In this document: piece after piece, positions 9,453-22,335 of the stretch
Numbering within the stretch: position 1 is the stretch's first letter
Layout: each line of letters opens with the position of its first letter
Assembly: GCF_964204645.1 (NCBI RefSeq)
Contig: NC_134036.1
Coordinates: 6,863,304-6,927,303 of the forward strand
From: Tubulanus polymorphus
Taxonomy: Eukaryota; Animalia; Nemertea
Length of the DNA: 64,000 nt
Direction of reading: 5' to 3'
The notes under the pieces: generated by a model
Seen by the model: only the letters and a program-made list of their open reading frames with translations
Told to the model about the DNA's origin: nothing
Database searches by the model: none
Position numbers and translations under genes: made by a program

Positions 9453-11799
9453 TAGACAGTAGGTCGGTCGTCCGTCCGTTTGTCAGTGTGCCGGCAGTGA
9501 TGGTTGTTCGAAAAACGACTAAGGGCTGACCGGGCTTTGATCTGCGTTACGACCCTGCGCAGTGAGGGAGGGAGGCAGGCACCAGGAGAGTCGTCGCCGG
9601 TAAGGGAGGGAGGGAGGGAGGGAGGCAGTAGGACGGTCGTCCGTCCTTTCGTCGGTGTGCCGGCAGTGATGGTTGTTCGAAAAACGACTAAGTGCTGACC
9701 GGGCCTTGATCAGCGTTACGACCCGGCGCAGTGAGGGAAAGAGGCAGGCACCAGGACAGTCGTCTGCCCGTTAGTCAGTCTGCCGGCTTTGGTGGTTCGA
9801 AACACGACTAAGTGCTGACCGGGCCTTGATCAGCGTTACGACCCGGCGCCGGTAAGGGAGGGAGGGAGGGGGACAGTAGGTCGGTCGTCCGTCCGTGCGT
9901 CAGTGTGCCGGCAGTGCTGGTTGTTCGAAAAACGACTAAGTGCTGACCGGGCCTTGATCAGCGTTACGACCCGGAGCAGTGAGGGAGGGAGGGGGACAGT
10001 AGGTCGGTCGTCCGTCCGTTCGTAAGTGTGCCGGCGGTGGTTCTTCGAAAAAACGACTAAGTGCTGACCGGGCCTAGATCAGCGTTACGACCGGGTGCAG
10101 TGAGGGAGGAGGGAGGCAGTAGGTCAGTCGTCCGTCCGTTCGTCAGTGTGCCGGCAGTGCTGGTTGTTCGAAAAACGACTAAGTGCTGACCGGGCCTTGA
10201 TCAGCGTTACGACCCGGAGCAGTGAGGGAGGGAGGGAGGCAGTAGGTCGGTCGTCCGTCCGTTCGTAAGTGTGCCGGCGGTGGTTCTTCAAAAAAACGAC
10301 TAAGTGCTGACCGGGCCTTGAACAGCGTTACGACCCGGCGCTGGTCAGGGAGGGAGGGAGGGAGGCAGTAGATCGGTCGTCCATCCGTTCGTCAGTGTGC
10401 CGGCGGTGGTAGTTCGAAAAACGACTAGAGTGCTGACCGGGCCTTGATCAGCGTTACGACCCGGCACCGGTCAGGGAGGGAGGGAGGGTGGCAGTAGGTC
10501 GGTCGTCCGTCCGTTCGTCAGTGTGCCGGCGGTGGTGGTTCGAAAAACGACTAAGTGCTGACCGGGCCTTGATCAGCGTTATGACCCGGCACCGGTGAGG
10601 GAGGGAGGGATGGAGGCAGTAGGTCGGTCGTCCGTCCGTTCGTCAGAGTGCCGGCAGTGCTGGTGGTTCGAAAAACGACTAAGTGCTGACCGGGCCTTGA
10701 TCAGCGTTACGACCCGGAGCAGTGAGGGAGGGAGGAAGGCAGTAGGTGGGTCGTCCGTCCGTTCGTCAGTGTGCCGGCAGTGCTGGTTGTTCGAAAAACG
10801 AGTAAGTGCTGACCGGGCCTTGATCAGCGATACGACCCGGTGCAGTGAGGGAGGGAGGGAGGGAGGCAGCAGGTCGGTCGTCCGTCCGTTCGTCAGTGTG
10901 CCGGCGGTGGTTGTTGGAAAAACGACTAAGGGCTGACCGGGCCTTGATCAGCGTTACGACCCGGAGCAGTGAGGGAGGGAGGGAGGCAGTAGGTCGGTCG
11001 TCCGTCCGTTCGTCAGTGTGCCGGCGGTGGTTCTTCGAAAAAACGACTAAGTGCTGACCGGGCCTTGATCAGCGTTACGACCCGGCGCTGGTCAGGGAGG
11101 GAGGGAGGCAGTAGGTCGGTCGTCCATCCGTTCGTTAGTGTGCCGCCGGTGGTGGTTCGAAAAACGACTAAGTGCTGACTGGGCCTTGATCAGCGTTACG
11201 ACTTGGCAACGGCCAGGGAGGGAGGGATGGAGGTAGTAGGTCGGTCGTCCGTCCGTTCGTCAGTGTGCCGGCAGTACTGGTTGTTCGAAAAACAATTAAG
11301 TGCTGACCGGGCCTTGATCAGCGTTACGACCCGGAGCAGTGAGGGAGGGAGGGAGGCAGTAGGTCGGTCGTCCGTCCGTTCGTCAGTGTGCCGGCAGTAC
11401 TGGTTGTTCGAAAAACAATTAAGTGCTGACCGGGCCTTGATCAGCGTTACGACCCGGAGCAGTGAGGGAGGGAGGGAGGGAGGCAGTAGGTCGGTCGTCC
11501 GTCCGTTTGTCAGTGTGCCAGCAGTGATGGTTGTTCGAAAAACGACTAAGGGCTGACCGGGCCTTGATCAGCGTTACGACCCGGAACAGTGAGGGAGGGA
11601 GGGAGTCAGTAGGTAGGTCGTTCGTCCGTTCGTCAGTGTTCCGGCAGTGGTGGTTCGAAAAACGACTAAGTGCTGACCGGGCCTTGATCAGCGTTACGAT
11701 CCGGCACCGGTCAGGGAGGGAGGGAGGGTGGCAGTAGGTCGGTCGTCCGTCCGTTCGTCAGTGTGCCGGCGGTTGTGGTTCGAAAAACGACTAAGTGCT

Positions 11800-13130
11800 G
11801 ACCGGGCCTTGATCAGCGTTACGACCCGGCACTGGTCAGGGAGGGAGGGAGGGAGGAAGGCAGTATATCGGTCATTCGAAAAACGACTAGGTGCTGACCG
11901 GGCCTTGATCAGCATTACGACCCGCCGCAGTGAGGGAGGGAGAGAGGGAGGCAGTAGGTCGGTCGTCAGTCCGTTCGTCAGTGTGCCGGTGGTAGTTGTT
12001 CGAAAAATGACTAAGTGCTGACCGGGCCTTGATCAGCGTTACGACCCGGCACCGGTCAGGGAGGGAGAGAGGGAGGCAGTAGGTCGGTCGTCCGTCCGTT
12101 CGGCAGTGTGCCGGCGGTAGTTGTTCGAAAAATGACTAAGTGCTGACTGGGCCATGATCAGCGTGACGTTTCGGCACCGGTCAGGGGGGGATGGAGGTAG
12201 TAGGTCGGGCGTCCGTCCGTTCGTCAGTGTGCCGGCAGTGATGGTTGTTCGAAAAACGACTAAGTGCTGTCCGGGCCTTGATCAGCGTTACGATCCGGCG
12301 CCGGTCAGGGAGGGAGGGAGGGGGACAGTAGGTCGGTCGTCCATCCGTTCGTCAGTGTGCCGGCGGTGGTTGTTCGAAAAACGACTAAGGGCTGACCGGG
12401 CCTTGATCAGCGTTACGACCCGGCACCGATCAGGGAGGGAGGGAGGGTGGCAGTAGGTCGGTCGTCCGTCCATTCGTCAGAGTGCCGGCGGTGGTTGTTC
12501 GAAAAACGACTCAGTGATGACCGGGCCTTGATCAGCGTTACGACCCGGCACTGGTCAGGGAGGGAGGGAGGGAGGAAGGCAGTATATCGGTCATTCGAAA
12601 AACGACTAAGTGCTGACCGGGCCTTGATCAGCATTACGACCCGCCGCAGTGAGGGAGGGAGAGAGGGAGGCAGTAGGTCGGTCGTCAGTCCGTTCGTCAG
12701 TGTGCCGGTGGTAGTTGTTCGAAAAATGACTAAGTGCTGACCGGGCCTTGATCAGCGTTACGACCCGGCACCGGTCAGGGAGGGAGAGAGGGAGGCAGTA
12801 GGTCGGTCGTCCGTCCGTTCGGCAGTGTGCCGGCGGTAGTTGTTCGAAAAATGACTAAGTGCTGACCGGGCCATGATCAGCGTGACGTTTCGGCACCGGT
12901 CAGGGGGGTATGGAGGTAGTAGGTCGGGCGTCCGTCCTTCGTCAGTGTGCCGGCAGTGATGGTTGTTCGAAAAACGACTAAGTGCTGTCCGGGCCTTGAT
13001 CAGCGTTACGATCTGGCGCCGGTCAGGGAGGGAGGGAGGGGGACAGTAGGTCGGTCGTCCATCCGTTCGTCAGTGTGCCGGCGGTGGTTGTTCGAAAAAC
13101 GACTAAGGGCTGACCGGGCCTTGATCAGCG
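11800..13130 (+). repeat. 719-bp (6-monomer) tandem duplication including a truncated monomer
   Basis: CAGTATATCGG at 11861 and 12580; GTGACGTTTCGG at ~12163 and ~12882; ORF pairs 11694/12413 and 11728/12447. Confidence 0.88.
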
Positions 13131-16100
13131 TTACGACCCGGAGCAGTGAGGGAGGGAGGGGGACAGTAGGTCGGTCGTCCGTCCGTTCGTCAGTGTGCCG
13201 GCGGTGGTTGTTGGAAAAACGACTAAGGGCTGACCGGGCCTTGATCAGCGTTACGACCCGGAGCAGTGAGGGAGGGAGGGAGGGAGGCAGTTGGTCGGTC
13301 GTCCGTCCGTTCGTCAGTGTGCCGGCGGTGGTTCTTCGAAAAAACGACTAAGTGCTGACCGGGCCTTGATCAGCGTTACGACCCGGCGCTGGTCATGGAG
13401 GGAGGGAGGCAGTAGGTCGGTCGTCCATCCGTTCGTTTGTGTGCCGCCGGTGGTGGTTCGAAAAACGACTAAGTGCTGACTGGGCCTTGATCAGCGTTAT
13501 GACTTGGCAACGGCCAGGGAGGGAGGGATGGAGGTAGTAGGTCGGTCGTCCGTCCGTTCGTCAGTGTGCCGGCAGTACTGGTTGTTCGAAAAACAATTAA
13601 GTGCTGACCGGGCCTTGATCAGCGTTACGACCCGGAGCAGTGAGGGAGGGAGGGAGGCAGTAGGTCGGTCGTCCGTCCGTTTGTCAGTGTGCCGGCAGTA
13701 CTGGTTGTTCGAAAAACAATTAAGTGCTGACCGGGCCTTGATCAGCGTTACGACCCGGAGCAGTGAGGGAGGGAGGGAGGGAGGCAGTAGGTCGGTCGTC
13801 CGTCCGTTTGTCAGTGTGCCAGCAGTGATGGTTGTTCGAAAAACAACTAAGGGCTGACCGGGCCTTGATCAGCGTTACGACCCGGAACAGTGAGGAGGGA
13901 GGGAGTCAGTAGGTAGGTCGTTCGTCCGTTCGTCAGTGTTCCGGCAGTGGTGGTTCGAAAAACGACTAAGTGCTGACCGGGCCTTGATCAGCGTTACGAT
14001 CCGGCACCGTCAGGGAGGGAGGGAGGGTGGCAGTAGGTCGGTCGTCCGTCCGTTCGTCAGTGTGCCGGCGGTTGTGGTTCGAAAAACGACTAAGTGCTGA
14101 CCGGGCCTTGATCAGCGTTACGACCCGGTGCAGTGAGGGAGGGAGGGAGGGAGGAAGGCAGTATATCGGTCATTCGAAAAACGACTAAGTGCTGACCGGG
14201 CCTTGATCAGCATTACGACCCGCCGCAGTGAGGGAGGGAGAGAGGGAGGCAGTAGGTCGGTCGTCAGTCCGTTCGTCAGTGTGCCGGTGGTAGTTGTTCG
14301 AAAAATGACTAAGTGCTGACCGGGCCTTGATCAGCGTTACGACCCGGCACCGGTCAGGGAGGGAGAGAGGGAGGCAGTAGGTCGGTCGTCCGTCCGTTTC
14401 GGCAGTGTGCCGGCGGTAGTTGTTCGAAAAATGACTAAGTGCTGACCGGGCCATGATCAGCGTGACGTTTCGGCACCGGTCAGGGGGGTATGGAGGTAGT
14501 AGGTCGGGCGTCCGTCCGTTCGTCAGTGTGCCGGCAGTGATGGTTGTTCGAAAAACGACTAAGTGCTGTCCGGGCCTTGATCAGCGTTACGATCCGGCGC
14601 CGGTCAGGGAGGGAGGGAGGGGGACAGTAGGTCGGTCGTCCATCCGTTCGTCAGTGTGCCGGCGGTGGTTGTTCGAAAAACGACTAAGGGCTGACCGGGC
14701 CTTGTTCAGCGTTACGACCCGGCACCGGTCAGGGAGGGAGGGAGGGTGGCAGTAGGTCGGTCGTCCGTCCATTCGTCAGAGTGCCGGCGGTGGTTGTTCG
14801 AAAAACGACTAAGTGATGACCGGGCCTTGATCAGCGTTACGACCCGGTGCAGTGAGGGAGGGAGGGAGGGAGGGAGGCAGTAGGCCGGTCGTCCGTCCGT
14901 TTGTCAGTGTGCCGGCAGTGATGGTTGTTCAGAAAACGACTAAGGGCTTACTGGGCCTTGATCAGCGTTACGACCCGGAGCAGTGAGGGAGGGAGGGAGG
15001 CAGTAGGTAGGTCGTCCGTCCGTTTGTCAGTGTGCCGGCAGTAATGGTTGTTCGAAAAACGACTAAGTGCTCACCGGGCCTTGATCAGCGTTACGACCTG
15101 GAGCAGTGAAGGAGGAAGGGGGACAGTAGGTCGGTCGTCCGTCCGTTCGTCAGTATGCCGGCGGTGGTTGTTCAAAAAACGACCAAGTGCTGACAAGGCC
15201 TTGATCAGCGTTACGACCCGGCACTGGTCAGGGAGGGAGGGAGGGAGGCAGTAGGTCGGTCATCCGTCCGTTCGTCAGAGTGCCGGCGGTAGCTGTTCGA
15301 AAAACGACTAAGTGCTGACCGGGCCTTGATCAGCGTTACGACCCGGCGCAGTGAGGGAGGGAGGGAGGGAGGCAGTAGGTCGGTCGTCCATCCGTTTGTC
15401 AGTGTGCCGGCGGTGGTTGTTCGAAAAACGACTAAGTTCTGACCGGGCCTTGATCAGCGTTACGACCCGATGCAGTGAGGGAGGGAGGGAGGCACTAGGA
15501 CAGTCGTCCGCCCGTTAGTCAGTGTGTCGGCGGTTGTTGTTCGAAAAACGACTAAGCTGACCGGGCCATGAACAGCGTTACGACCCGGCACCGGTCAGGA
15601 AGGGAGGGAGGGTGGCAGTAGGTCGGTCGTCCGTCCGTTCGTCAGTGTGCCGGCGGTGGTTGTTCGAAAAACGACTAAGTGCTGACCGGGCCTTAATCAG
15701 CGTTACGACCCGGCACCGGTCAGGGAGGGAGGGAGGGAGGGAGGCAGTAGGTCGGTCGTCCGTCCGTTCGTCAGTGTGCCGGCGGTGGTTGTTCGAAAAA
15801 CGACTAAGTGCTGACCGGGCCTTGATCAGCGTTACGACCCGGAGCAGTGAGGGAGGGAGGGAGGCAGTAGGTCGGTCGTCCGTCCGTTCGCCAGTGTGCC
15901 GGCGGTGGTTTTTCGAAAAACGACTAAGCGCTGACCGGGCCTTAATCAGCGTTACGACCCGGAGCATTGAGGGAGGGAGGGAGGGAGGCAGTAGGTCGGT
16001 CGTCCGTCCGTTTGTCAGTGTGCCGGCAGTGATGGTTGTTCGAAAAACGACTAAGGGCTGACTGGGCCTTGATCAGCGTTACGACTTGGCAACGGCCAGG

Positions 16101-19100
16101 GAGGGAGGGATGGAGGTAGTAGGTCGGTCGTCCGTCCGTTCGTCAGTGTGCCAGCAGTACTGGTTGTTCGAAAAACAATTAAGTGCTGACCGGGCCTTGA
16201 TCAGCGTTATGACCCGGAGCAGTGAGGGAGGGAGGGAGGCAGTAGGTCGGTCGTCCGTCCGTTCGTCAGTGTGCCGGCAGTACTGGTGGTTCGAAAAACA
16301 ATTAAGTGCTGACCGGGCCTTGATCAGCGTTACGACCCGGAGCAGTGAGGGAGGGAGGGAGGGAGGGAGGCAGTAGGTCGGTCGTCCGTCCGTTTGTCAG
16401 TGTGCCGGCAGTGATGGTTGTTCGAAAAACGACTAAGGGCTGACCGGGCCTTGATCAGCGTTACGACCCGGAACAGTGAGGGAGGGAGGGAGTCAGTAGG
16501 TAGGTCGTTCGTCCGTTCGTCAGTGTTCCGGCAGTGGTGGTTCGAAAAACGACTAAGTGCTGACCGGGCCTTGATCAGCGTTACGATCCGGCACCGGTCA
16601 GGGAGGGAGGGAGGGTGGCAGTAGGTCGGTCGTCCGTCCGTTCGTCAGTGTGCCGGCGGTTGTGGTTCGAAAAACGACTAAGTGCTGACCGGGCCTTGAT
16701 CAGCGTTACGACCCGGCACTGGTCAGGGAGGGAGGGAGGGAGGAAGGCAGTATATCGGTCATTCGAAAAACGACTAAGTGCTGACCGGGCCTTGATCAGC
16801 ATTACGACCCGCCCCAGTGAGGGAGGGAGAGAGGGAGGCAGTAGGTCGGTCGTCAGTCCGTTCGTCAGTGTGCCGGTGGTAGTTGTTCGAAAAATGACTA
16901 AGTGCTGACCGGGCCTTGATCAGCGTTACGACCCGGCACCGGTCAGGGAGGGAGAGAGGGAGGCAGTAGGTCGGTCGTCCGTCCGTTCGGCAGTGTGCCG
17001 GCGGTAGTTGTTCGAAAAATGACTAAGTGCTGACCGGGCCATGATCAGCGTGACGTTTCGGCACCGGTCAGGGGGGTATGGAGGTAGTAGATCGGGCGTC
17101 CGTCCGTTCGTCAGTGTGCCGGCAGTGATGGTTGTTCGAAAAACGACTAAGTGCTGACCGGGCCTTGATCAGCGTTACGACCCGGCGCAGTGAGGGAGGG
17201 AGGCTCACACCAGGAGAGTCGTCGCTGGTAAGGGAGGGAGGGAGGGAGGCAGTAGGTCGGTCGTCCGTCCTTTCGTCAGTGTGCCGGCAGTGATGGTTGT
17301 TCGAAAAACGACTAAGTGCTGACATGGCCTTGATCAGCGTTACGACCCGGCGCAGTGAGGGAGGGAGGCAGGCACCAGGACAGTCGTCCGCCCGTTAGTC
17401 AGTCTACCGGCATTGGTGGTTCGAAACACGACTAAGTGCTGACCGGGCCTTGATCAGCGTTACGAACCGCCGCCGGTAAGGGAGGGAGGGAGGGAGGGAG
17501 GCAGTAGGTCGGTCGTCTGTCCGTTCGTCAGTGTGCCGGCGGTGGTTGTTCGAAAAACGACTCAGTGCTGACCGGGCCTTGATCAGCGTTACGACCCGGA
17601 CCAGTGAGGGAGGGAGGGAGGTTGGCAGTAGGTCGGTCGTCCGTCCGTTCGTCAGTGTGCCGGCGGTGGTGGTTCGAAAAACGACTAAGTGCTGACCGGG
17701 CCTTGATCAGCGTTACGACCCGGAGCAGTGAGGGAGGGAGGAAGGCAGTAGGTGGGTCGTCCGTCCGTTCGTCAGTGTGCCGGCAGTGCTGGTTGTTCGA
17801 AAAACGATTAAGTGCTGACCGGGCCTTGATCAGCGTTACGACCCGGAGCAGTGAGGGAGGGAGGGAGGCAGTAGGTCGGTCGTCCGTCCGTTCGCCAGCG
17901 TGCCGCTGGTGGTTGTTCGAAAAACGACTAAGTGCTGACCGGGCCTTGATGAGCGTTACGACCCGGAGCAGTGAGGGAGGGAGGGAGGGAGGGAGGGAGG
18001 CAGTAGGTCGGTCGTCCGTCCGTTCGCCAGTGTGCCGCTGGTGGTTGTTCGAAAAACGACTAAGTGCTGACCGGGCCTTGATCAGCGTTACGACCCGGTG
18101 CAGTGAGGGAGGGAGGGAGGCACTAGGACAGTCGTCCGCCCGTTCGTCAGTGTGCCGGCGGTGGTTGTTCGAAAAACGACTAAGTGCTGACCGGGCCATG
18201 AACTGCGTTACGACCCGGCACCGGTCAGGAAGGGAGGGAGGGTGGCAGTAGGTCGGTCGTCCGTTCGTTGGTCAGTGTGCCGGCGGTGGTAGTTCGAAAA
18301 ACGACTAAGTGCTGACCGGGCCTTGATCAGCGTTACGACCCGGAGCAGTGACGGAGGGAGGGAGGCAGTAGGTCGGTCGTCCGTCCGTTCGCCAGAGTGC
18401 CGCTGGTGGTTGTTCGAAAAACGACTAAGTGCTGACCGGGCCTTGATCAGCGTTACGACCCGGTGCAGTGAGGGAGGGAGGGAGGCACTAGGACAGTCGT
18501 CCGCCCGTTAGTCAGTGTGTCGGCGGTTGTTGTTCGAAAAACGACTAAGTGCTGACCGGGCCATGAACAGCGTTACGACCCGGCACCGGTCAGGAAGGGA
18601 GGGAGGGTGGCAGTAGGTCGGTCGTCCGTTCGTTGGTCAGTGTGCCGGCGGTGGTAGTTCGAAAAACGACTAAGTGCTGACCGGGCCTTGATCAACGTTA
18701 CGACCCGGAGCATTGAGGGAGGGAGGGAGGCAGTAGGTCGGTCGTCCGTCCGTTCGCCAGTGTGCCGCTGGTGGTTGTTCGAAAAACGACTAAGTGCTGA
18801 CCGGGCCTTGATCAGCGTTACGACCCGGAGCAGTGAGGGAGGGAGGGAGGCAGTAGGTCGGTCGTCCATCCGTTCGTCAGTGTGTCGGCGGTTGCTGTTT
18901 GAAAAACGACTAAGTGCTGACCGGGCCATGAACAGCGTTACGACCCGGCACCGGTCAGGAAGGGAGGGAGGGAGGCAGTAGGTCGGTCGTCCATCCGTTC
19001 GTCAGTGTGCCGGCGGTGGTTGTTCGAAAAACGACTAAGTGCTGACCGGGCCTTGATCAGCGTTACCACCCGGAGCAGTGAGGGAGGGAGGGAGGCAGTA

Positions 19101-20654
19101 GGTCGGTCGTCCATCCGTTCGTCAGTGTGTCGGCGGTTGCTGTTTGAAAAACGACTAAGTGCTGACCGGGCCATGAACAGCGTTACGACCCGGCACCGGT
19201 CAGGAAGGGAGGGAGGGAGGCAGTAGGTCGGTCGTCCATCCGTTCGTCAGTGTGCCGGCGGTGGTTGTTCGAAAAACGACTAAGTGCTGACCGGGCCTTG
19301 ATTAGCGTTACCACCCGGTGCAGTGAGGGAGGGAGGGAGGCACTAGGACAGTCGTCCGCCCGTTAGTCAGTGTGTCGGCGGTTGTTGTTCGAAAAACGAC
19401 TAAGTGCTGACCGGGTCTTGATCAGCGTTACGACCCGCAGCAGTGAGGGAGGGAGGGAGGCAGTAGGTCGGTCGTCCATCCGGTCGTTAGTGTGCCGGCG
19501 GTGGTTGTTCGAAAAACGACTAAGTGCTGACCGGGCCTTGATCAGCGTTACGACCCGGAGCAGTGAGGGAGGGAGGGAGGCAGTAGGTCGGTCGTCCGTC
19601 CGTTCGCCAGTGTGCCGCTGGTGGTTGTTCGAAAAACGACTAAGTGCTGACCGGGCCTTGATCAGCGTTACGACCCGGTGCAGTGAGGGAGGGAGGGAGG
19701 CACTATGACAGTCGTCCGCCCGTTAGTCAGTGTGTCGGCGGTTGTTGTTCGAAAAACGACTAAGTGCTGACCGGGCCTAGATCAGCGTTACGACCCGGTG
19801 CAGTGAGGGAGGGAGAGAGGCAGTAGGTCGGTCGTCCGTCCGGTCGTCAGTGTGCCGGCGGTGGTTGTTCGAAAAACGACTAAGTGCTGACCGGGCCTTG
19901 ATCAGCGTAACGACCCGGTGCAGTGAGGGAGGGAGGGAGGGAGGGAGGCAGTAGGTCGGTCGTCCATCCGTTCGTCAGTGTGCCGGCGGTGGTAGTTCGA
20001 AAAACGACTAAGTGCTGACCGGGCCTTGATCAGCGTTACGACCCGGTGCAGTGAGGGAGGGAGAGAGGCAGTAGGTCGGTCGTCCGTCCGGTCGTCAGTG
20101 TGCCGGCGGTGGTTGTTCGAAAAACGACTAAGTGCTGACCGGGCCTTGATCAGCGTTACGACCCGGTGCAGTGAGGGAGGGAGGGAGGCAGTAGGTCGGT
20201 CGTCCGTCCGTTCGTCAGTGTGCCGGCGGTGGTTGTTCGAAAAACGACTAAGTGCTGACCGGGCCATGAACAGCGTTACGACCCGGCACCGGTCAGGGAG
20301 GGAGGGAGGCAGTAGGTCGGTCGTCCATCCGTTCGTCAGTGTGCCGGCGGTGGTTATTCGAAAAACGACTAAGTGCTGACCGGGCCTTGATCAGCGTTGC
20401 GACCCGGTGCTGTGAGGGAGGGAGGGAGGCAGTAGGTCGGTCGTCCATCCGTTCGTCAGTGTGTCGGCGGTTGCTGTTCGAAAAACGACTAAGTGCTGAC
20501 CGGGCCATGAACAGCGTTACGACCCGGCACCGGTCAGGAAGGGAGGGAGGGTGGCAGTAGGTCGGTCGTCCGTCCGTTCGTCAGTGTGCCGGCGGTGGTT
20601 GTTCGAAAAACGACTAAGTGCTGACCGGGCCTTGATCAGCGTTACGACCCGGTG

Positions 20655-22335
20655 CAGTGATGGAGAGGGAGAGGTCGGTCGTCCGTCCGTTCGTCAGTGT
20701 GCCGGCGGTGGTTGTTCGAAAAACGACTAAGTGCTGACCGGATCTTGATCAGCATTACGACCCGGTGCAGTGAGGGAGGGAGGGAGGGAGGCAGTAGGTC
20801 GGTCGTCCATCCGTTCGTCAGTGTGCCGGCGGTGGTAGTTCGAAAAACGACTAAGTGCTGACCGGGCCTTGATCAGCGTTACGACCCGGTGCAGTGAGGA
20901 AGGGAGGGAGGCAGTAGGTCGGTCGTCCGTCCGTTCGCCAGTGTGCCGCTGGTGGTTGTTCGAAAAACGACTAAGTGCTGACCGGGCCTTGATCAACGTT
21001 ACGACCCGGAGCAGTGAGGGAGGGAGGGAGGCAGTAGGTCGGTCGTCCGTCCGTTCGCCAGTGTGCCGCTGGTGGTTGTTCGAAAAACGACTAAGTGCTG
21101 ACCGGGCCTTGATCAGCGTTACGACCCGGTGCAGTGAGGGAGGGAGGGAGGCATTAGGACAGTCGTCCGCCCGTTAGTCAGTGTGTCGGCGGTTGTTGTT
21201 CGAAAAACGACTAAGTGCTGACCGGGCCATGAACAGCGTTACGACCCGGCACCGGTCAGGAAGGGAGGGAGGGAGGCAGTAGGTCGGTCGTCCATTCGTT
21301 CGTCAGTGTGCCGCTGGTGGTTGTTCGAAAAACGACTAAGTGCTGACCGGGCCTTGATCAGCGTTACGACCCGGAGCAGTGAGGGAGGGAGGGAGGCAGT
21401 AGGTCGGTCGTCCGTCCGTTCGCCAGTGTGCCGCTGGTGGTTGTTCGAAAAACGACTAAGTGCTGACCGGGCCTTGATCAGCGTTACGACCCGGTGCAGT
21501 GATGGAGAGGGAGAGGTCGGTCGTCCGTCCGTTCGTCAGTGTGCCGGCGGTGGTTGTTCGAAAAACGACTAAGTGCTGACCGGATCTTGATCAGCATTAC
21601 GACCCGGTGCAGTGAGGGAGGGAGGGAGGGAGGCAGTAGGTCGGTCGTCCATCCGTTCGTCAGTGTGCCGGCGGTGGTAGTTCGAAAAACGACTAAGTGC
21701 TGACCGGGCCTTGATCAGCGTTACGACCCGGTGCAGTGAGGAAGGGAGGGAGGCAGTAGGTCGGTCGTCCGTCCGTTCGCCAGTGTGCCGCTGGTGGTTG
21801 TTCGAAAAACGACTAAGTGCTGACCGGGCCTTGATCAACGTTACGACCCGGAGCAGTGAGGGAGGGAGGGAGGCAGTAGGTCGGTCGTCCGTCCGTTCGC
21901 CAGTGTGCCGCTGGTGGTTGTTCGAAAAACGACTAAGTGCTGACCGGGCCTTGATCAGCGTTACGACCCGGTGCAGTGAGGGAGGGAGGGAGGCATTAGG
22001 ACAGTCGTCCGCCCGTTAGTCAGTGTGTCGGCGGTTGTTGTTCGAAAAACGACTAAGTGCTGACCGGGCCATGAACAGCGTTACGACCCGGCACCGGTCA
22101 GGAAGGGAGGGAGGGAGGCAGTAGGTCGGTCGTCCATTCGTTCGTCAGTGTGCCGCTGGTGGTTGTTCGAAAAACGACTAAGTGCTGACCGGGCCTTGAT
22201 CAGCGTTACGACCCGGAGCAGTGAGGGAGGGAGGGAGGCAGTAGGTCGGTCGTCCGTCCGTTCGCCAGTGTGCCGCTGGTGGTTGTTCGAAAAACGACTA
22301 AGTGCTGACCGGGCCTTGATCAGCGTTACGACCCG
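20655..22335 (+). repeat. 842-bp (7-monomer) tandem duplication
   Basis: CAGTGATGGAGAGGGAGAGG at 20655 and 21497; ORF pairs 20727/21569 and 20869/21711. Confidence 0.88.
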
